Source: a virus
Virus record (IMG/VR): IMGVR_UViG_3300048694_000674
Span: 32,001 to 96,000 of that record
Length of the DNA: 64,000 nucleotides
Direction: 5' to 3' (one strand)
A program made the position numbers and the translations under genes. The notes beneath the pieces are model-generated. The model made no database searches. It was not told the DNA's origin and saw only the letters and a list, made by a program, of their open reading frames with translations. How positions within the stretch are numbered: position 1 is the stretch's first letter; the number at the start of each line of letters is the position of its first letter. Positions 47,095 through 56,962 of the stretch are shown here, in pieces.

Positions 47095-49920
47095 ATGAGC
47101 AATGCTAGTAATTTCAGACCAGATCCAGTATCTTTACCAATAGGTACAGTAAAGAAAGAAATATTCGTTGGTACTCCTAATACTGGAGTGACAACTCCAA
47201 CAACTCTTACTGAAAATGGTGTTTGGCTTTTATCTGGTTCTACTTATGCACAAGCAACGTATCCAGCGCTATATAACCAATTAGGATTGTTACGTGGTAC
47301 AAGCCCAATACCAAAAACAACTGGCAGTACAACAACAATTAATGCTGCAGTTTATGGTGCTGGTCTTTATGTTCTTTCTGCAACTGATGTTTATTTAACT
47401 TCGACTGATACAAATGTTTGGACTACGAGATCTTCTGGTACATCATCGATAATATATTCAACAGCATATGGTAATGGAATTTATCTTTATGGCGGAGCTG
47501 GCGGCGCTCTAGCAACTTCTACAGATGCAATAACTTGGACTCAAAGAACATCTAACTCATCGACATTTTTATATACATTGGCGTATGGTAATGGCGTATA
47601 TCTTTATGCAGGATCTGGTGGTGGTTTAGGATCTTCTACAGATGCAACAACATGGACAACAAGAACTTCAGGAACAAGTTCTGCAATACAAGATCTTGCA
47701 TATGGTAACAGTTTATACGTATATGTTGGGGCTGGTGGTGTAACAGGCACATCAACAGATGGTATAACTTGGACATCAAGAACATCTGGTGCTGCGAATG
47801 GCGGTTCTACTACTACTCAGGCTTTAAATGGTGTTATCTACGCTAACGGATTGTATGTTTCAGGAGGAGCTGCTGGTACAATTATAACAAATACAAACCC
47901 AAATGGAACTAACTGGACAACCAGAACTTCTGGAACTGCATCAATTATATATTCTGTTGCTTATGGCGCTGGCGTTTATGTATACGCTGGGGCTGGTGGT
48001 GTATTAGCTTCATCAACTGATGGTACAACATGGACATCCAGAACTTCTGGTACAACATCTATTATTCTTGATATTGTTTATGGTAATGGCGCTTTTACGT
48101 ATGTTGGCGTTGCTGGTGCCACTGGTTATTCAACTGATGGTATAACTTGGTTTTCAGGTATTTCGTTGACAACATCTTCATATGAATCTGTTACTTATGG
48201 TAATGGTGTTTATGTTACTGGAGGTTATGGTGGATTATTAAAAATTTCAACTAATAATTTGACAAACTGGTCTCCATATTCAAACTTTATAACATATGGT
48301 AATGGTAAATTTGTTTCTGCTTCTCAGGCTTATGTAGAAACATCAACGGATGCTTATACTTGGACAGCAAGAACTGCATATACAAATAAAGCAATATCGT
48401 TTGTAAATTATACCAATGGTATCTATGTATATACTGGATTACTTGGTAACTACGGATCATCAACAGACGGTATAACTTGGTCAGCAAGAAATGTTGATAC
48501 AGGATCTGTTCTTAGAGCGACGGCGTATGGTAATGGTACTTATGCGATGGGTGGAACTGGTGGCGCTCTTTTATCAAATTCAGATTCAACGCTGAAATTA
48601 TTCACATCTAGAACTTCTGGCACTGCTTCACAAATTTTAGCAATGGTATATGGTAACGGCGTTTTTGCTTATGGAGCAGTCAGTGGTGGTTTAGGATCTT
48701 CTACAGATGCCATTACGTGGACAGCAAGAACTGCAGTAAATACATCCACAGTAAATGCTATGGCATATGGCAATGGTACATATGCGCTTGGAGGAAACCT
48801 TGGTGTATTAGGATCTTCTACAGATGCCATTACGTGGACAGCAAGAACTGTTGTAAACACATCAACAGTATATGGAATGACTTATGGCAACAGCTTATTT
48901 GTTCTTGGCGGTCATTTAGGGTTAATTGCTTCATCACCCGACGCTATTACTTGGACATCAAGAACAGTTGTAAATACTTCAACAGTATTTGCTGTTACAT
49001 ATGGTAATGGTACATATGTTGTTGCTGGTCATCTTGGCGTTTTAGGAACAAGCACAGCTCCAGCAACTGTCGCTTTTTCTGCTAAAACATCTGGTACAAC
49101 ATCTTCTATTCGTAGTTTGACGTATGGTAATGGTATTTATGTATTTGGTACAGATGCTGGTGGTATTAGCTCTTCTACAGATGCAACAACATGGAATGCA
49201 AGAACTTCTGGAACGACAGTTACAATTTGGTCGCTTAGTTATGGTAGTGGTACTTTTTATTATGTTGATAACAATGGATCTGCTGGTACTTCTACTGACG
49301 GCACTACTTGGTTACCATACAAAGCAGGTCCAACAACATCAACAATAAACAGTGTTGTTTATGGCAATAGTTTATATTTATTTTCTGGAACTGGTGGTTA
49401 TTTAGTAACAACAACCAATTTCAATACATGGACAGTTCAAACATCTGGCACAACATCTAATATTATTGCAGTATCGTATGGTAATGGATTGTTCCATTAT
49501 GGTGGTGTTGGTGGTGTGTTAGCCTCTTCTACTGACGCTGTTACTTGGACAGCTAGAACACCTGGAGTGGGAACAGCAACTATTGAATCTATAACTTATG
49601 GTAATGGTAATTATACTTTAGTTGCTGATTCTGGCTGGATGAGTACATCAACAGATGGTATTACTTGGAATCTAAAACCAACAAATACCACCTCTACGCT
49701 GAATAATATAACATATGCTAGTGGAGCTAATACGCATCTGATAAGTGGTATTACTGGTTATTTCGCTGTGGCAAATAACACATCATTGATAAATTATTCG
49801 CCTACATATGATGTTAGCACTAATTTCTATGTACCATCATTTACTGGTCAGGGAACATTTGGTACAGTTACTTTAGGTTCTCAGCCTGTAATACAAACAT
49901 ATGTGAAAGGTAAAAACTGA
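47095..49920 (+). CDS. Long Asp-box-like multi-propeller protein (941 aa)
   Basis: About 20 YGNG...STD..TW..RTSGT repeats between collar-like halves. Confidence 0.8.
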   Translation: MSNASNFRPDPVSLPIGTVKKEIFVGTPNTGVTTPTTLTENGVWLLSGSTYAQATYPALYNQLGLLRGTSPIPKTTGSTTTINAAVYGAGLYVLSATDVYLTSTDTNVWTTRSSGTSSIIYSTAYGNGIYLYGGAGGALATSTDAITWTQRTSNSSTFLYTLAYGNGVYLYAGSGGGLGSSTDATTWTTRTSGTSSAIQDLAYGNSLYVYVGAGGVTGTSTDGITWTSRTSGAANGGSTTTQALNGVIYANGLYVSGGAAGTIITNTNPNGTNWTTRTSGTASIIYSVAYGAGVYVYAGAGGVLASSTDGTTWTSRTSGTTSIILDIVYGNGAFTYVGVAGATGYSTDGITWFSGISLTTSSYESVTYGNGVYVTGGYGGLLKISTNNLTNWSPYSNFITYGNGKFVSASQAYVETSTDAYTWTARTAYTNKAISFVNYTNGIYVYTGLLGNYGSSTDGITWSARNVDTGSVLRATAYGNGTYAMGGTGGALLSNSDSTLKLFTSRTSGTASQILAMVYGNGVFAYGAVSGGLGSSTDAITWTARTAVNTSTVNAMAYGNGTYALGGNLGVLGSSTDAITWTARTVVNTSTVYGMTYGNSLFVLGGHLGLIASSPDAITWTSRTVVNTSTVFAVTYGNGTYVVAGHLGVLGTSTAPATVAFSAKTSGTTSSIRSLTYGNGIYVFGTDAGGISSSTDATTWNARTSGTTVTIWSLSYGSGTFYYVDNNGSAGTSTDGTTWLPYKAGPTTSTINSVVYGNSLYLFSGTGGYLVTTTNFNTWTVQTSGTTSNIIAVSYGNGLFHYGGVGGVLASSTDAVTWTARTPGVGTATIESITYGNGNYTLVADSGWMSTSTDGITWNLKPTNTTSTLNNITYASGANTHLISGITGYFAVANNTSLINYSPTYDVSTNFYVPSFTGQGTFGTVTLGSQPVIQTYVKGKN

Positions 49921-49921
49921 T

Positions 49922-50140
49922 ATGCTATTATACAGAATATTAGAAAATGGTTATTATGGTGGTTGTTATCAAGTCCCAGATGATCCAGATGATGTAAATG
50001 GCATTCCTCTTGGCACAACAAAGAAAGCTGTTCCTGATGATATTCCAGAAGGATTGTATCCTTTTTGGGGTGGCTCTGGTTGGAATTTGACGAATATACC
50101 TCCAACCCCACCTCCACCACCCGAAGAAATACCACAATAA
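49922..50140 (+). CDS. Tail fibre assembly chaperone-like protein
   Basis: Y.....G.Y.G.....IP...T...P......W.G..W pattern following the fibre genes. Confidence 0.65.
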   Translation: MLLYRILENGYYGGCYQVPDDPDDVNGIPLGTTKKAVPDDIPEGLYPFWGGSGWNLTNIPPTPPPPPEEIPQ

Positions 50141-50171
50141 ATAGGTATACTATGTTATTTGGAGATATATT

Positions 50172-50885
50172 ATGAAAATAATGATTGCTACGCCTACGCA
50201 AAATAGTATGTGTACTATTAACTATACTGCTTCTATGATTAATCTGTTCAAAGAAGCAGCAAAATATGATGACTTTGAATTAGAATTTTTATATGGTACG
50301 AATGAAGCTCTAGTAACTCATGCCAGAAATTTATGTGTAAATCTTTTTTTAAAATCAGATGCGACTCATTTGCTTTTTATAGATTCGGATATTCAATTTC
50401 ACCCAAGTCAAATTATACAAATGATTAGAACTAAATCTGACTTTGTTTGTGGCATATATCCAAAAAAAAAGATTGATTGGGAAAAGGTAAGAGTTGCTGC
50501 ATTACATGGCGTACAGGCTCAACTATTGCAATCACATTCAAACGAATATTTGGTTGTACCTTCTGCTAATACAGAACCACTAGAAAATGGGTTGGTAGAA
50601 ATTGATAGAGCAGCTACTGGTATGATGTTGATCAGTAAAACTGTATTTGAAACATTGAAAGATAAGGTGAACGCATTCAATCTAGTTGCGCCAGTTCAAT
50701 CCAATATTCAATACGGTCAGGATGAAAAATATTATGAGTTTTTCTATTCTCAAATTGAACCAGAAACTAATTTGTTTCTCAACGAAGATTTTAGTTTTTG
50801 TAAATTGTGGATAGATAATGGTGGTAAGATATACGGCGCACCATGGGTAAAATTGTTTCATGTCGGTAATCATGTTTATGGATGA
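50172..50885 (+). CDS. Second glycosyltransferase-like protein (GT-A/GT2-like)
   Basis: IATP, ARN....FL...ATHLLFIDSDI, G.YPKK, TGMMLI...VF, ED..FC..W...GG.I motifs; AATAAATA late promoter at 50136. Confidence 0.82.
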   Translation: MKIMIATPTQNSMCTINYTASMINLFKEAAKYDDFELEFLYGTNEALVTHARNLCVNLFLKSDATHLLFIDSDIQFHPSQIIQMIRTKSDFVCGIYPKKKIDWEKVRVAALHGVQAQLLQSHSNEYLVVPSANTEPLENGLVEIDRAATGMMLISKTVFETLKDKVNAFNLVAPVQSNIQYGQDEKYYEFFYSQIEPETNLFLNEDFSFCKLWIDNGGKIYGAPWVKLFHVGNHVYG

Positions 50886-50894
50886 GGTATTATT

Positions 50895-51425
50895 ATGAGA
50901 AAAGAATTATTGATTGGTTGTGGAGCTCAGAGAAAAAAGGTTTTGTTCTCAAAAGGAAACGAGAGCTGGAGTAATTTGGTAACATTGGATATTGAAGCTG
51001 TTCATAAGCCTGATGTTATTCATGATCTTTGTGTTTTACCATATCCTTTTGAGAGTGATGAATTTGATGAAATTCATGCCTACGATGTTTTAGAACATAC
51101 TGGACAACAGGGAGATTATAAATTCTTTTTTGCTCAGTTTAGTGAATTTTGGAGAATACTAAAACCGAATGGTATGTTATTCGCAAAATGTCCTTCTTAT
51201 AAATCGAGTTGGGCATGGGGTGATCCAGGTCATACTCGTATAATTCAGTCTAATACTTTGGTATTTTTAAAACAACCAGAATATACTAAGCAGATCGGCA
51301 AATCGCAAATGACTGATTATCGTTCAATATACAAAGCAGATTTCCAAGAAGTATATGTAAAAGAAACAGATGAAGATCTATTTTTTGTTATGAAAGCTAT
51401 AAAACCATCCAGAATAAGCATCTAA
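50895..51425 (+). CDS. Class I SAM-dependent methyltransferase (type 11-like)
   Basis: LLIGCG, LDI...PD..HDL...PYPF...FDEI.A..VLEH, E.WRILKP.G motifs. Confidence 0.88.
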   Translation: MRKELLIGCGAQRKKVLFSKGNESWSNLVTLDIEAVHKPDVIHDLCVLPYPFESDEFDEIHAYDVLEHTGQQGDYKFFFAQFSEFWRILKPNGMLFAKCPSYKSSWAWGDPGHTRIIQSNTLVFLKQPEYTKQIGKSQMTDYRSIYKADFQEVYVKETDEDLFFVMKAIKPSRISI

Positions 51426-51453
51426 TAAATATAACAAAAAAAGAGAAAAACCA

Positions 51454-51966
51454 ATGACAATCAGTTTAGAATTAGCAAAAGTCGCTCAGTATGTTTCAGT
51501 CAATACATCTTCGAATGTAGTGACTTCGAATGCAACATTGGCATTGTCTGGTTCGTCTTCTTCTCTTGGTACGTTATTATTAAATGCAGCCGAAACTACT
51601 AACGTTTCTGCAACAGCTGCCAATAGTACTATGACATATTATTTGTCTAGCCAATCTGTAATGTATTTGACGACAAATGCTGCAGCTAACTGGAATCCAA
51701 ACGTAGCATTTTCTTCTGGAACTACTTTGAATACTGCTCTGACAACTAACCAAGCTATTACATTTGTTATGATGGTTACTCAAGGAACTACTGCTTATTA
51801 TAGTAATACAATTTATGTTGATGGAACGCAAGTAACACCAAAATGGCAAGGTGGATCAGCCCCTACTGCAGGTAATGCTTCTGGCGTTGATATATATACA
51901 TATACAATAATTAAAACTGCTAGTGCTACATTTACGGTATTCGCTTCGCAGACACAGTTTAAGTAA
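51454..51966 (+). CDS. Fibre adaptor/structural protein
   Basis: KW.GG.AP......DIY.YTIIKT C-terminal domain; AATAAATA promoter at 51424. Confidence 0.72.
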   Translation: MTISLELAKVAQYVSVNTSSNVVTSNATLALSGSSSSLGTLLLNAAETTNVSATAANSTMTYYLSSQSVMYLTTNAAANWNPNVAFSSGTTLNTALTTNQAITFVMMVTQGTTAYYSNTIYVDGTQVTPKWQGGSAPTAGNASGVDIYTYTIIKTASATFTVFASQTQFK

Positions 51967-51975
51967 GAGGAAATT

Positions 51976-53379
51976 ATGCCTACAATTATTACTCGTGGTG
52001 CTGCTTCTCCGCGTGGATTTGGATTTGGATACAGTTCATCTTTAACAAATTATATTGCATATCAGTCTTTTACACAACCCCCTTATAGCACAGTTCATGC
52101 GTACGGATCTTGTACAGATAGTTCAGGTAATTTTTACTATGTTGGAAAGGGCGCATATACTACTAATTCAGGATTATATTTACAAAAACAAGATTCAAAA
52201 GGTAATACAATATGGACTCAAGGATTCAATGATACTCATTTAAATGATATTTGTTTTGGATATCTATTCAATATTGGAACTTGTATAGATGTTGATTCGT
52301 CAGGAAATATTTATGTTGGTGGAAGTACTTATATAGTAAGTACAGGTTTTACTTATGCTTTTATTATAAAATTTGACTCTACTGGTTCGTTACAATATGA
52401 AAAGAAAATTCTTTATAGTTCTGGTACAGGCACAGATCCTATTTGTGTGAGTGGATTGAAATGTGATCCATCATCAGGATATATTTATGTGGGTATTCAA
52501 TTAGACAATTCAAGTTATGGATTAATAAAATATGATTCAACTTTGACATCACAATGGAAATACAGATTAGCTGGCGCTCGTACATTTTATCAAGACTATT
52601 CATATATATATGGTTCAACAAATAATATGGCTTTAGACAGTTCAGGAAACATTTATGTTAATATAGTAACAACTGTTACTTATTCTGGAGATAGAGCAGG
52701 TTTTATAAAATTTGATAGTTCAGGAAATGTATTACTTGAGCGCAGATTAGCTACAGGAGGTAATTCATATTATGGTGGATTTGGTATATGTTTAGATTCA
52801 TCAAATAATATTTATATTACTTCTGGATATAACAATTCTTCATATGTTAATGGTTTTCTTTCAAAATTTGATTCAAGTGGAACATACCTTTGGAGTTATT
52901 ATATAGCAACTGCTAGTCCATCCCATACTATTGCAAATTGTCTATCAGTCGATAGTAGTAATAATATTTATGTTGGAGGCGGAACTGGTATATCTGGTGC
53001 TGGTAATGCCTTTATTATGAAATTTAATTCAAGTGGAACTATACAATATCAAAGAAATATAGGTGATGCAGGCACTATAGTTGTTAATAGATATGTTACA
53101 TCTTTAATAATGAACGGTAAAAATGCATTTTATATAACTGCATATGGAACAAATACTCCATTTATAGCAAGTTTACCATTAGATGGTTCTAAAACAGGAA
53201 CTTACACAGTAGGAGCTTATTCAGTTGTTTATACTGCTTCATCGTATACTATAAGTTCAATATCGCTTACTGATTCTGCAGGAACTAGATCAACAAGTTC
53301 AGGAGCTGTTATGTCTGAAAGTACTGCAACACAAACACAAACTACTGCTACATCTACAAACAGTGTTAAAGTAATATGA
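51976..53379 (+). CDS. SBBP-type beta-propeller protein (adhesin-like)
   Basis: Repeated DSSGNIYV.G...KFDSSG...W motifs; N-terminal MP.I.TRGA.S.RGFG. Confidence 0.82.
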   Translation: MPTIITRGAASPRGFGFGYSSSLTNYIAYQSFTQPPYSTVHAYGSCTDSSGNFYYVGKGAYTTNSGLYLQKQDSKGNTIWTQGFNDTHLNDICFGYLFNIGTCIDVDSSGNIYVGGSTYIVSTGFTYAFIIKFDSTGSLQYEKKILYSSGTGTDPICVSGLKCDPSSGYIYVGIQLDNSSYGLIKYDSTLTSQWKYRLAGARTFYQDYSYIYGSTNNMALDSSGNIYVNIVTTVTYSGDRAGFIKFDSSGNVLLERRLATGGNSYYGGFGICLDSSNNIYITSGYNNSSYVNGFLSKFDSSGTYLWSYYIATASPSHTIANCLSVDSSNNIYVGGGTGISGAGNAFIMKFNSSGTIQYQRNIGDAGTIVVNRYVTSLIMNGKNAFYITAYGTNTPFIASLPLDGSKTGTYTVGAYSVVYTASSYTISSISLTDSAGTRSTSSGAVMSESTATQTQTTATSTNSVKVI

Positions 53380-53678
53380 GATACATTAAGCTAGAAACCT
53401 TAGAATACCCACGACACCAAGGGGATATTCGACTTGAATATCCAGAAATGGGAGAACAATTTGTTTGTCCAGATACATATGCTTTTGTTGATTTGGATTT
53501 AACACCTGAGTACGATCCAGATACACATACATTCGAATGGCAGTTTCCTTCTAATGAAAATGGAAAATGGATTCAAAAAGCAAAGGTAAGATTATTAACT
53601 CAAGATGAAATTGATAATAAAAACAAATTTATAAATTTAAATCAAGTATATGGGACTGCACCAGATGTTATCGGTTAA
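53376..53678 (+). CDS. Small fibre-associated (chaperone-like) protein
   Basis: YP....DIR...P, P.YD...P....G.W.Q...V..LT..E motif. Confidence 0.65.
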   Translation: MRYIKLETLEYPRHQGDIRLEYPEMGEQFVCPDTYAFVDLDLTPEYDPDTHTFEWQFPSNENGKWIQKAKVRLLTQDEIDNKNKFINLNQVYGTAPDVIG

Positions 53679-54012
53679 ACCAATCGAAAATATTGGCGAT
53701 CTTCGTGGTGGTATATATGACTTCGAAAAATCAGGAGATATTTTACCGAAGCACGTTCACACTGAAGACAATGTTCACATAACTATTGTCGCTCGTGGAC
53801 GTATCAAAGCTTATAGCCATGATTGGGAACAAGAAGGATCTGCAGGTCAAATACTCAACTTTCGACCCGATGAGCCTCATGAAATTATGGCCTTGGAAGA
53901 CAATACTCGTATTATCAATATACAGAAAAAGATGGGCGGAGTTTATTCTTCAGATACAGACTTATTGAGTTTGGACAGGGAAACATCGACTGCAACCATC
54001 GACCAACTATAA
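53665..54012 (+). CDS. Cupin-domain protein
   Basis: LPKHVH....H.TIV.RG and P...HE..ALED metal-binding cupin motifs. Confidence 0.82.
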   Translation: MLSVKPIENIGDLRGGIYDFEKSGDILPKHVHTEDNVHITIVARGRIKAYSHDWEQEGSAGQILNFRPDEPHEIMALEDNTRIINIQKKMGGVYSSDTDLLSLDRETSTATIDQL

Positions 54013-54015
54013 ATA
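54008..54015 (+). promoter_or_regulatory. Late promoter TATAAATA
   Basis: Exact consensus 30 bp upstream of 54045. Confidence 0.75.
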
Positions 54016-54044
54016 GAAATAAAAACACAAAGGGAATATAAGTT

Positions 54045-54455
54045 ATGGCTGGTTTATCATTTAATGTTCAATCTGGTGTAAATCTTCAGAGCAATACGAT
54101 TCAGAATTATACTGAATTTGCTACTGGATCTTCATTTACAGGAACTTCTGCTACAGTTCCATCTAACACCAACGTTGTCCGATATATTCTGAATAACAAT
54201 ACAACAATCACTCTTCCATCAAGTCAGCCAGGAGTTTCAAACGCTCTCAAGACGATTGTTCTTATGTTCACACAGGATGCTACTGGTGGAAGAACGATGA
54301 CACTGGCAGCTCCTTCTGGAGAATCAATCAAATACAATAACGCATCTACACAACCAGCAGTTGTTAGTGGAGCTGGCAAAACAACAATCTATACATGTAT
54401 GAAATTTGACTCTGACACTGTTTGGCGTGTAGCTCTTTCTTATATCGACGCTTGA
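54045..54455 (+). CDS. Fibre adaptor protein, paralogue of the C-terminal domain of 23485-25614
   Basis: Near-identical TIQNY.E.A...QDATGGRTM..AAPSG.SIKYNN..TQPAVVS...LSYIDA. Confidence 0.85.
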   Translation: MAGLSFNVQSGVNLQSNTIQNYTEFATGSSFTGTSATVPSNTNVVRYILNNNTTITLPSSQPGVSNALKTIVLMFTQDATGGRTMTLAAPSGESIKYNNASTQPAVVSGAGKTTIYTCMKFDSDTVWRVALSYIDA

Positions 54456-54471
54456 TAAAGGAGTTAACGCG

Positions 54472-56247
54472 ATGCCAGGAATAGCATTTTCGCTTTTAAT
54501 GAAGTCGATTGTACCAGCCAATACTCAGACGTTTACGGCTAATGGTACATATACTGTTCCTTATGGTGTAAGAAATATCACAGTATCAAACGTCGGTACA
54601 GCAGGTAATCCTGGCAATCCAGGGAATCCAGGAGCCTCTGGTAATGCTGGTGGTACAGGAAATCCAGGTAATGCTGGCAATCCAGGAAATAACGGCGCTG
54701 CAGGAGCAGCAGGTAATGCTGGTAATCCAGGAAATAATGGCGCAGGTGGTGCTGCAGGTAATCCAGGAAATGCTGGATCTCCTGGTAATGCTGGTAATCC
54801 AGGAACTCCAGGATACGGTGGTAATGGCGGCGCAGGTGGTTATGCTGGTGGTGCTGGTAATCCAGGATATAACGGTTCTGCAGGTAACGGTGGCGCTGGC
54901 GGTCCAAATGGTGGTCCAGGAAATCCAGGAAATGCTGGCAGTATTGGTTATGATCCATCAAACGATACATACTACGGAATAAACGGTAATCCAGGTAATC
55001 CAGGAGCAAGTTATTCTGGTGGTTACTCTGGTGGCGCTGGCGGACCAGCTTCATATGTTTACGATTACAATTATAATGTTTCTTATTATAACGGTAGTGG
55101 TGGTACTGGTGGATCTGGTGGATCTGGTAGCCCAGGAAATCCAGGCTCTGCTGGTGGCGCTGGGTATTCAGGTTATCCTGCAACTGGCGGTTATCCAGGA
55201 AATCCAGGATCATATGGTAGCGCAGGTTCTGCAGGAAATCCAGGATCTGCAGGTAATTCTGGTACAGGAACGCCAGCTGGTAACGCAGGTAACAATGGAA
55301 ATCCAGGAACGGGTACACCTGCAGGTGGAGCTGGAAGTGATGGTACAAATGGTACATCAGGAAATCCTGGAGCTGCAGGTAATGCTGGCGCAGATGGTAC
55401 AAATGGAACTGCTGGTAATCCAGGAAATGGCAACGCAACATTCTACAACAATTCTTATTTTACACTAACATTTACAGCTGGTAATGGTGGTACTGCAGGT
55501 ACTAAAGGAACTGGTGGTGCAGGAGGAAATGGTGGCGCTGGCGGTAATGGTGGCACTAAAGGAACTGCTGGTAATCCAGGAAATCCAGGAACATACGGTA
55601 ATGCTGGTACTAAAGGAAATCCAGGCAATGCTGGTACATATGGTAATGGTGGTAACGGTGGTGCTGGCGGTGCTGCAGGTAATGCTGGTGGATTAGGAGC
55701 TCCAGGAAATCCAGGAAATGATGGTACTGCTGGTAATGGTGGTTCTGCAGGAAATCCAGGTAATCCTGGTAATGCAGGAAATCCAGGAGGTGGTGGTACA
55801 GGTGGTAACTCTGCTACAGGATTTGGTTCTCCAGGAGCTGGTGGACCAAGTAATCCAGGAACTGCTGGTAATGCTGGTACAGGCGCTACTGCTGGTAATC
55901 CAGGATATTCAGGAAATCCAGGAAATGCTGGTACGCCAAGTTATGCTGGTTCAGGTGGATCTGGTAGTCCAGGAAATCCAGGAAATCCAGGAGTAGCAGG
56001 AAACCCAGGAAATGGCGCAACAGCAGGAAATCCAGGATCTGCAGGTAATTCTGGTACAGGTGCTACTGCTGGTAATCCAGGAAATCCAGGATCTGCTGGT
56101 AACCCAGGATCTGCTGGCAATTCTGGAACTGCAGGTGGAGCTGGTAACGGTACAACAACACAATCTTCAAATACTGTATCTTTGGTAACATACAACTTTA
56201 CAGTAGCTCCAGGAGGATCAACTACAATATCATATGCTAGACAATAA
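54472..56247 (+). CDS. Collagen-like / glycine-rich (Gly-X-Y, GNP-rich) fibre protein
   Basis: About 500 residues of G-X-Y triplets between short beta-strand termini (TFTANGTYTVPYGV; YNFTVAPGGSTTISY). Confidence 0.88.
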   Translation: MPGIAFSLLMKSIVPANTQTFTANGTYTVPYGVRNITVSNVGTAGNPGNPGNPGASGNAGGTGNPGNAGNPGNNGAAGAAGNAGNPGNNGAGGAAGNPGNAGSPGNAGNPGTPGYGGNGGAGGYAGGAGNPGYNGSAGNGGAGGPNGGPGNPGNAGSIGYDPSNDTYYGINGNPGNPGASYSGGYSGGAGGPASYVYDYNYNVSYYNGSGGTGGSGGSGSPGNPGSAGGAGYSGYPATGGYPGNPGSYGSAGSAGNPGSAGNSGTGTPAGNAGNNGNPGTGTPAGGAGSDGTNGTSGNPGAAGNAGADGTNGTAGNPGNGNATFYNNSYFTLTFTAGNGGTAGTKGTGGAGGNGGAGGNGGTKGTAGNPGNPGTYGNAGTKGNPGNAGTYGNGGNGGAGGAAGNAGGLGAPGNPGNDGTAGNGGSAGNPGNPGNAGNPGGGGTGGNSATGFGSPGAGGPSNPGTAGNAGTGATAGNPGYSGNPGNAGTPSYAGSGGSGSPGNPGNPGVAGNPGNGATAGNPGSAGNSGTGATAGNPGNPGSAGNPGSAGNSGTAGGAGNGTTTQSSNTVSLVTYNFTVAPGGSTTISYARQ

Positions 56248-56266
56248 ATTGAAAGGATAACTTATT

Positions 56267-56962
56267 ATGTTTTTTGGTGATGATAAAATTAAATTTATGT
56301 GCGATCCAAGAATGATAGAGGTAATACCAAAACCTTATCCAGCAAGAAAGTATATTCCAGATTGGTATAAAAAGCTTTCAAACCATTGGATGGATAAAGA
56401 TGGTTATGAAACGCCAACAATCAAAAGATGTCCACCATTCCTTGATGCAATGTCAGCTGGTTGGATTATACCTTTCCCAGCAGACACATACGTTCAAGTA
56501 TTTGATGATGGTTCTGGAATAAAATGGAAAACAGATTTCTTTGCTGATACAATTTCAACACATAGTTTGAACCAGATAGAAACTCATCCAAAAGTTCCTA
56601 CTGTGCCCGTAAAGGTTTTGAATTACTGGATGATTCAAACTCCTCCAGGATGGTCTTGTGCTTTTGTGCCACCTCTAAATAGACCAGACGATGTTTTCGA
56701 TCTATTATCTGGTATTGTTGACACAGATAAAAACTTTTGGGAATATGTAAATTTCCCAGGATTTCTCAAAGCAAAGGAAGGCTCGTTCAAAATACCGAGC
56801 GGTCATCCTATGATGCAGGTAATACCATACAAAAGAAACTTCAACAAAGAAGCAGAAGTCAGAGCACTTACTCCAAGAGAAATGCAAAAAGTGCAGAAAC
56901 ATCGCGATAAACATTCAGCAAATTTTAGTAATTATAGAAACAACATGTGGGAAAAGAAATGA
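56267..56962 (+). CDS. DUF6065-like protein
   Basis: TIK.CPPFLDAM..G.IIP, W.I.TPPGWS..F..P.N, GIVDTD...NFP motifs. Confidence 0.65.
   Translation: MFFGDDKIKFMCDPRMIEVIPKPYPARKYIPDWYKKLSNHWMDKDGYETPTIKRCPPFLDAMSAGWIIPFPADTYVQVFDDGSGIKWKTDFFADTISTHSLNQIETHPKVPTVPVKVLNYWMIQTPPGWSCAFVPPLNRPDDVFDLLSGIVDTDKNFWEYVNFPGFLKAKEGSFKIPSGHPMMQVIPYKRNFNKEAEVRALTPREMQKVQKHRDKHSANFSNYRNNMWEKK

Noticed and set aside
36820-56247. CRISPR array or diversity-generating retroelement among the repeats
   Set aside because: Repeats are in-frame coding with synonymous variation, with no constant repeat-spacer pattern, no adenine-specific TR/VR pair and no reverse transcriptase in the window.
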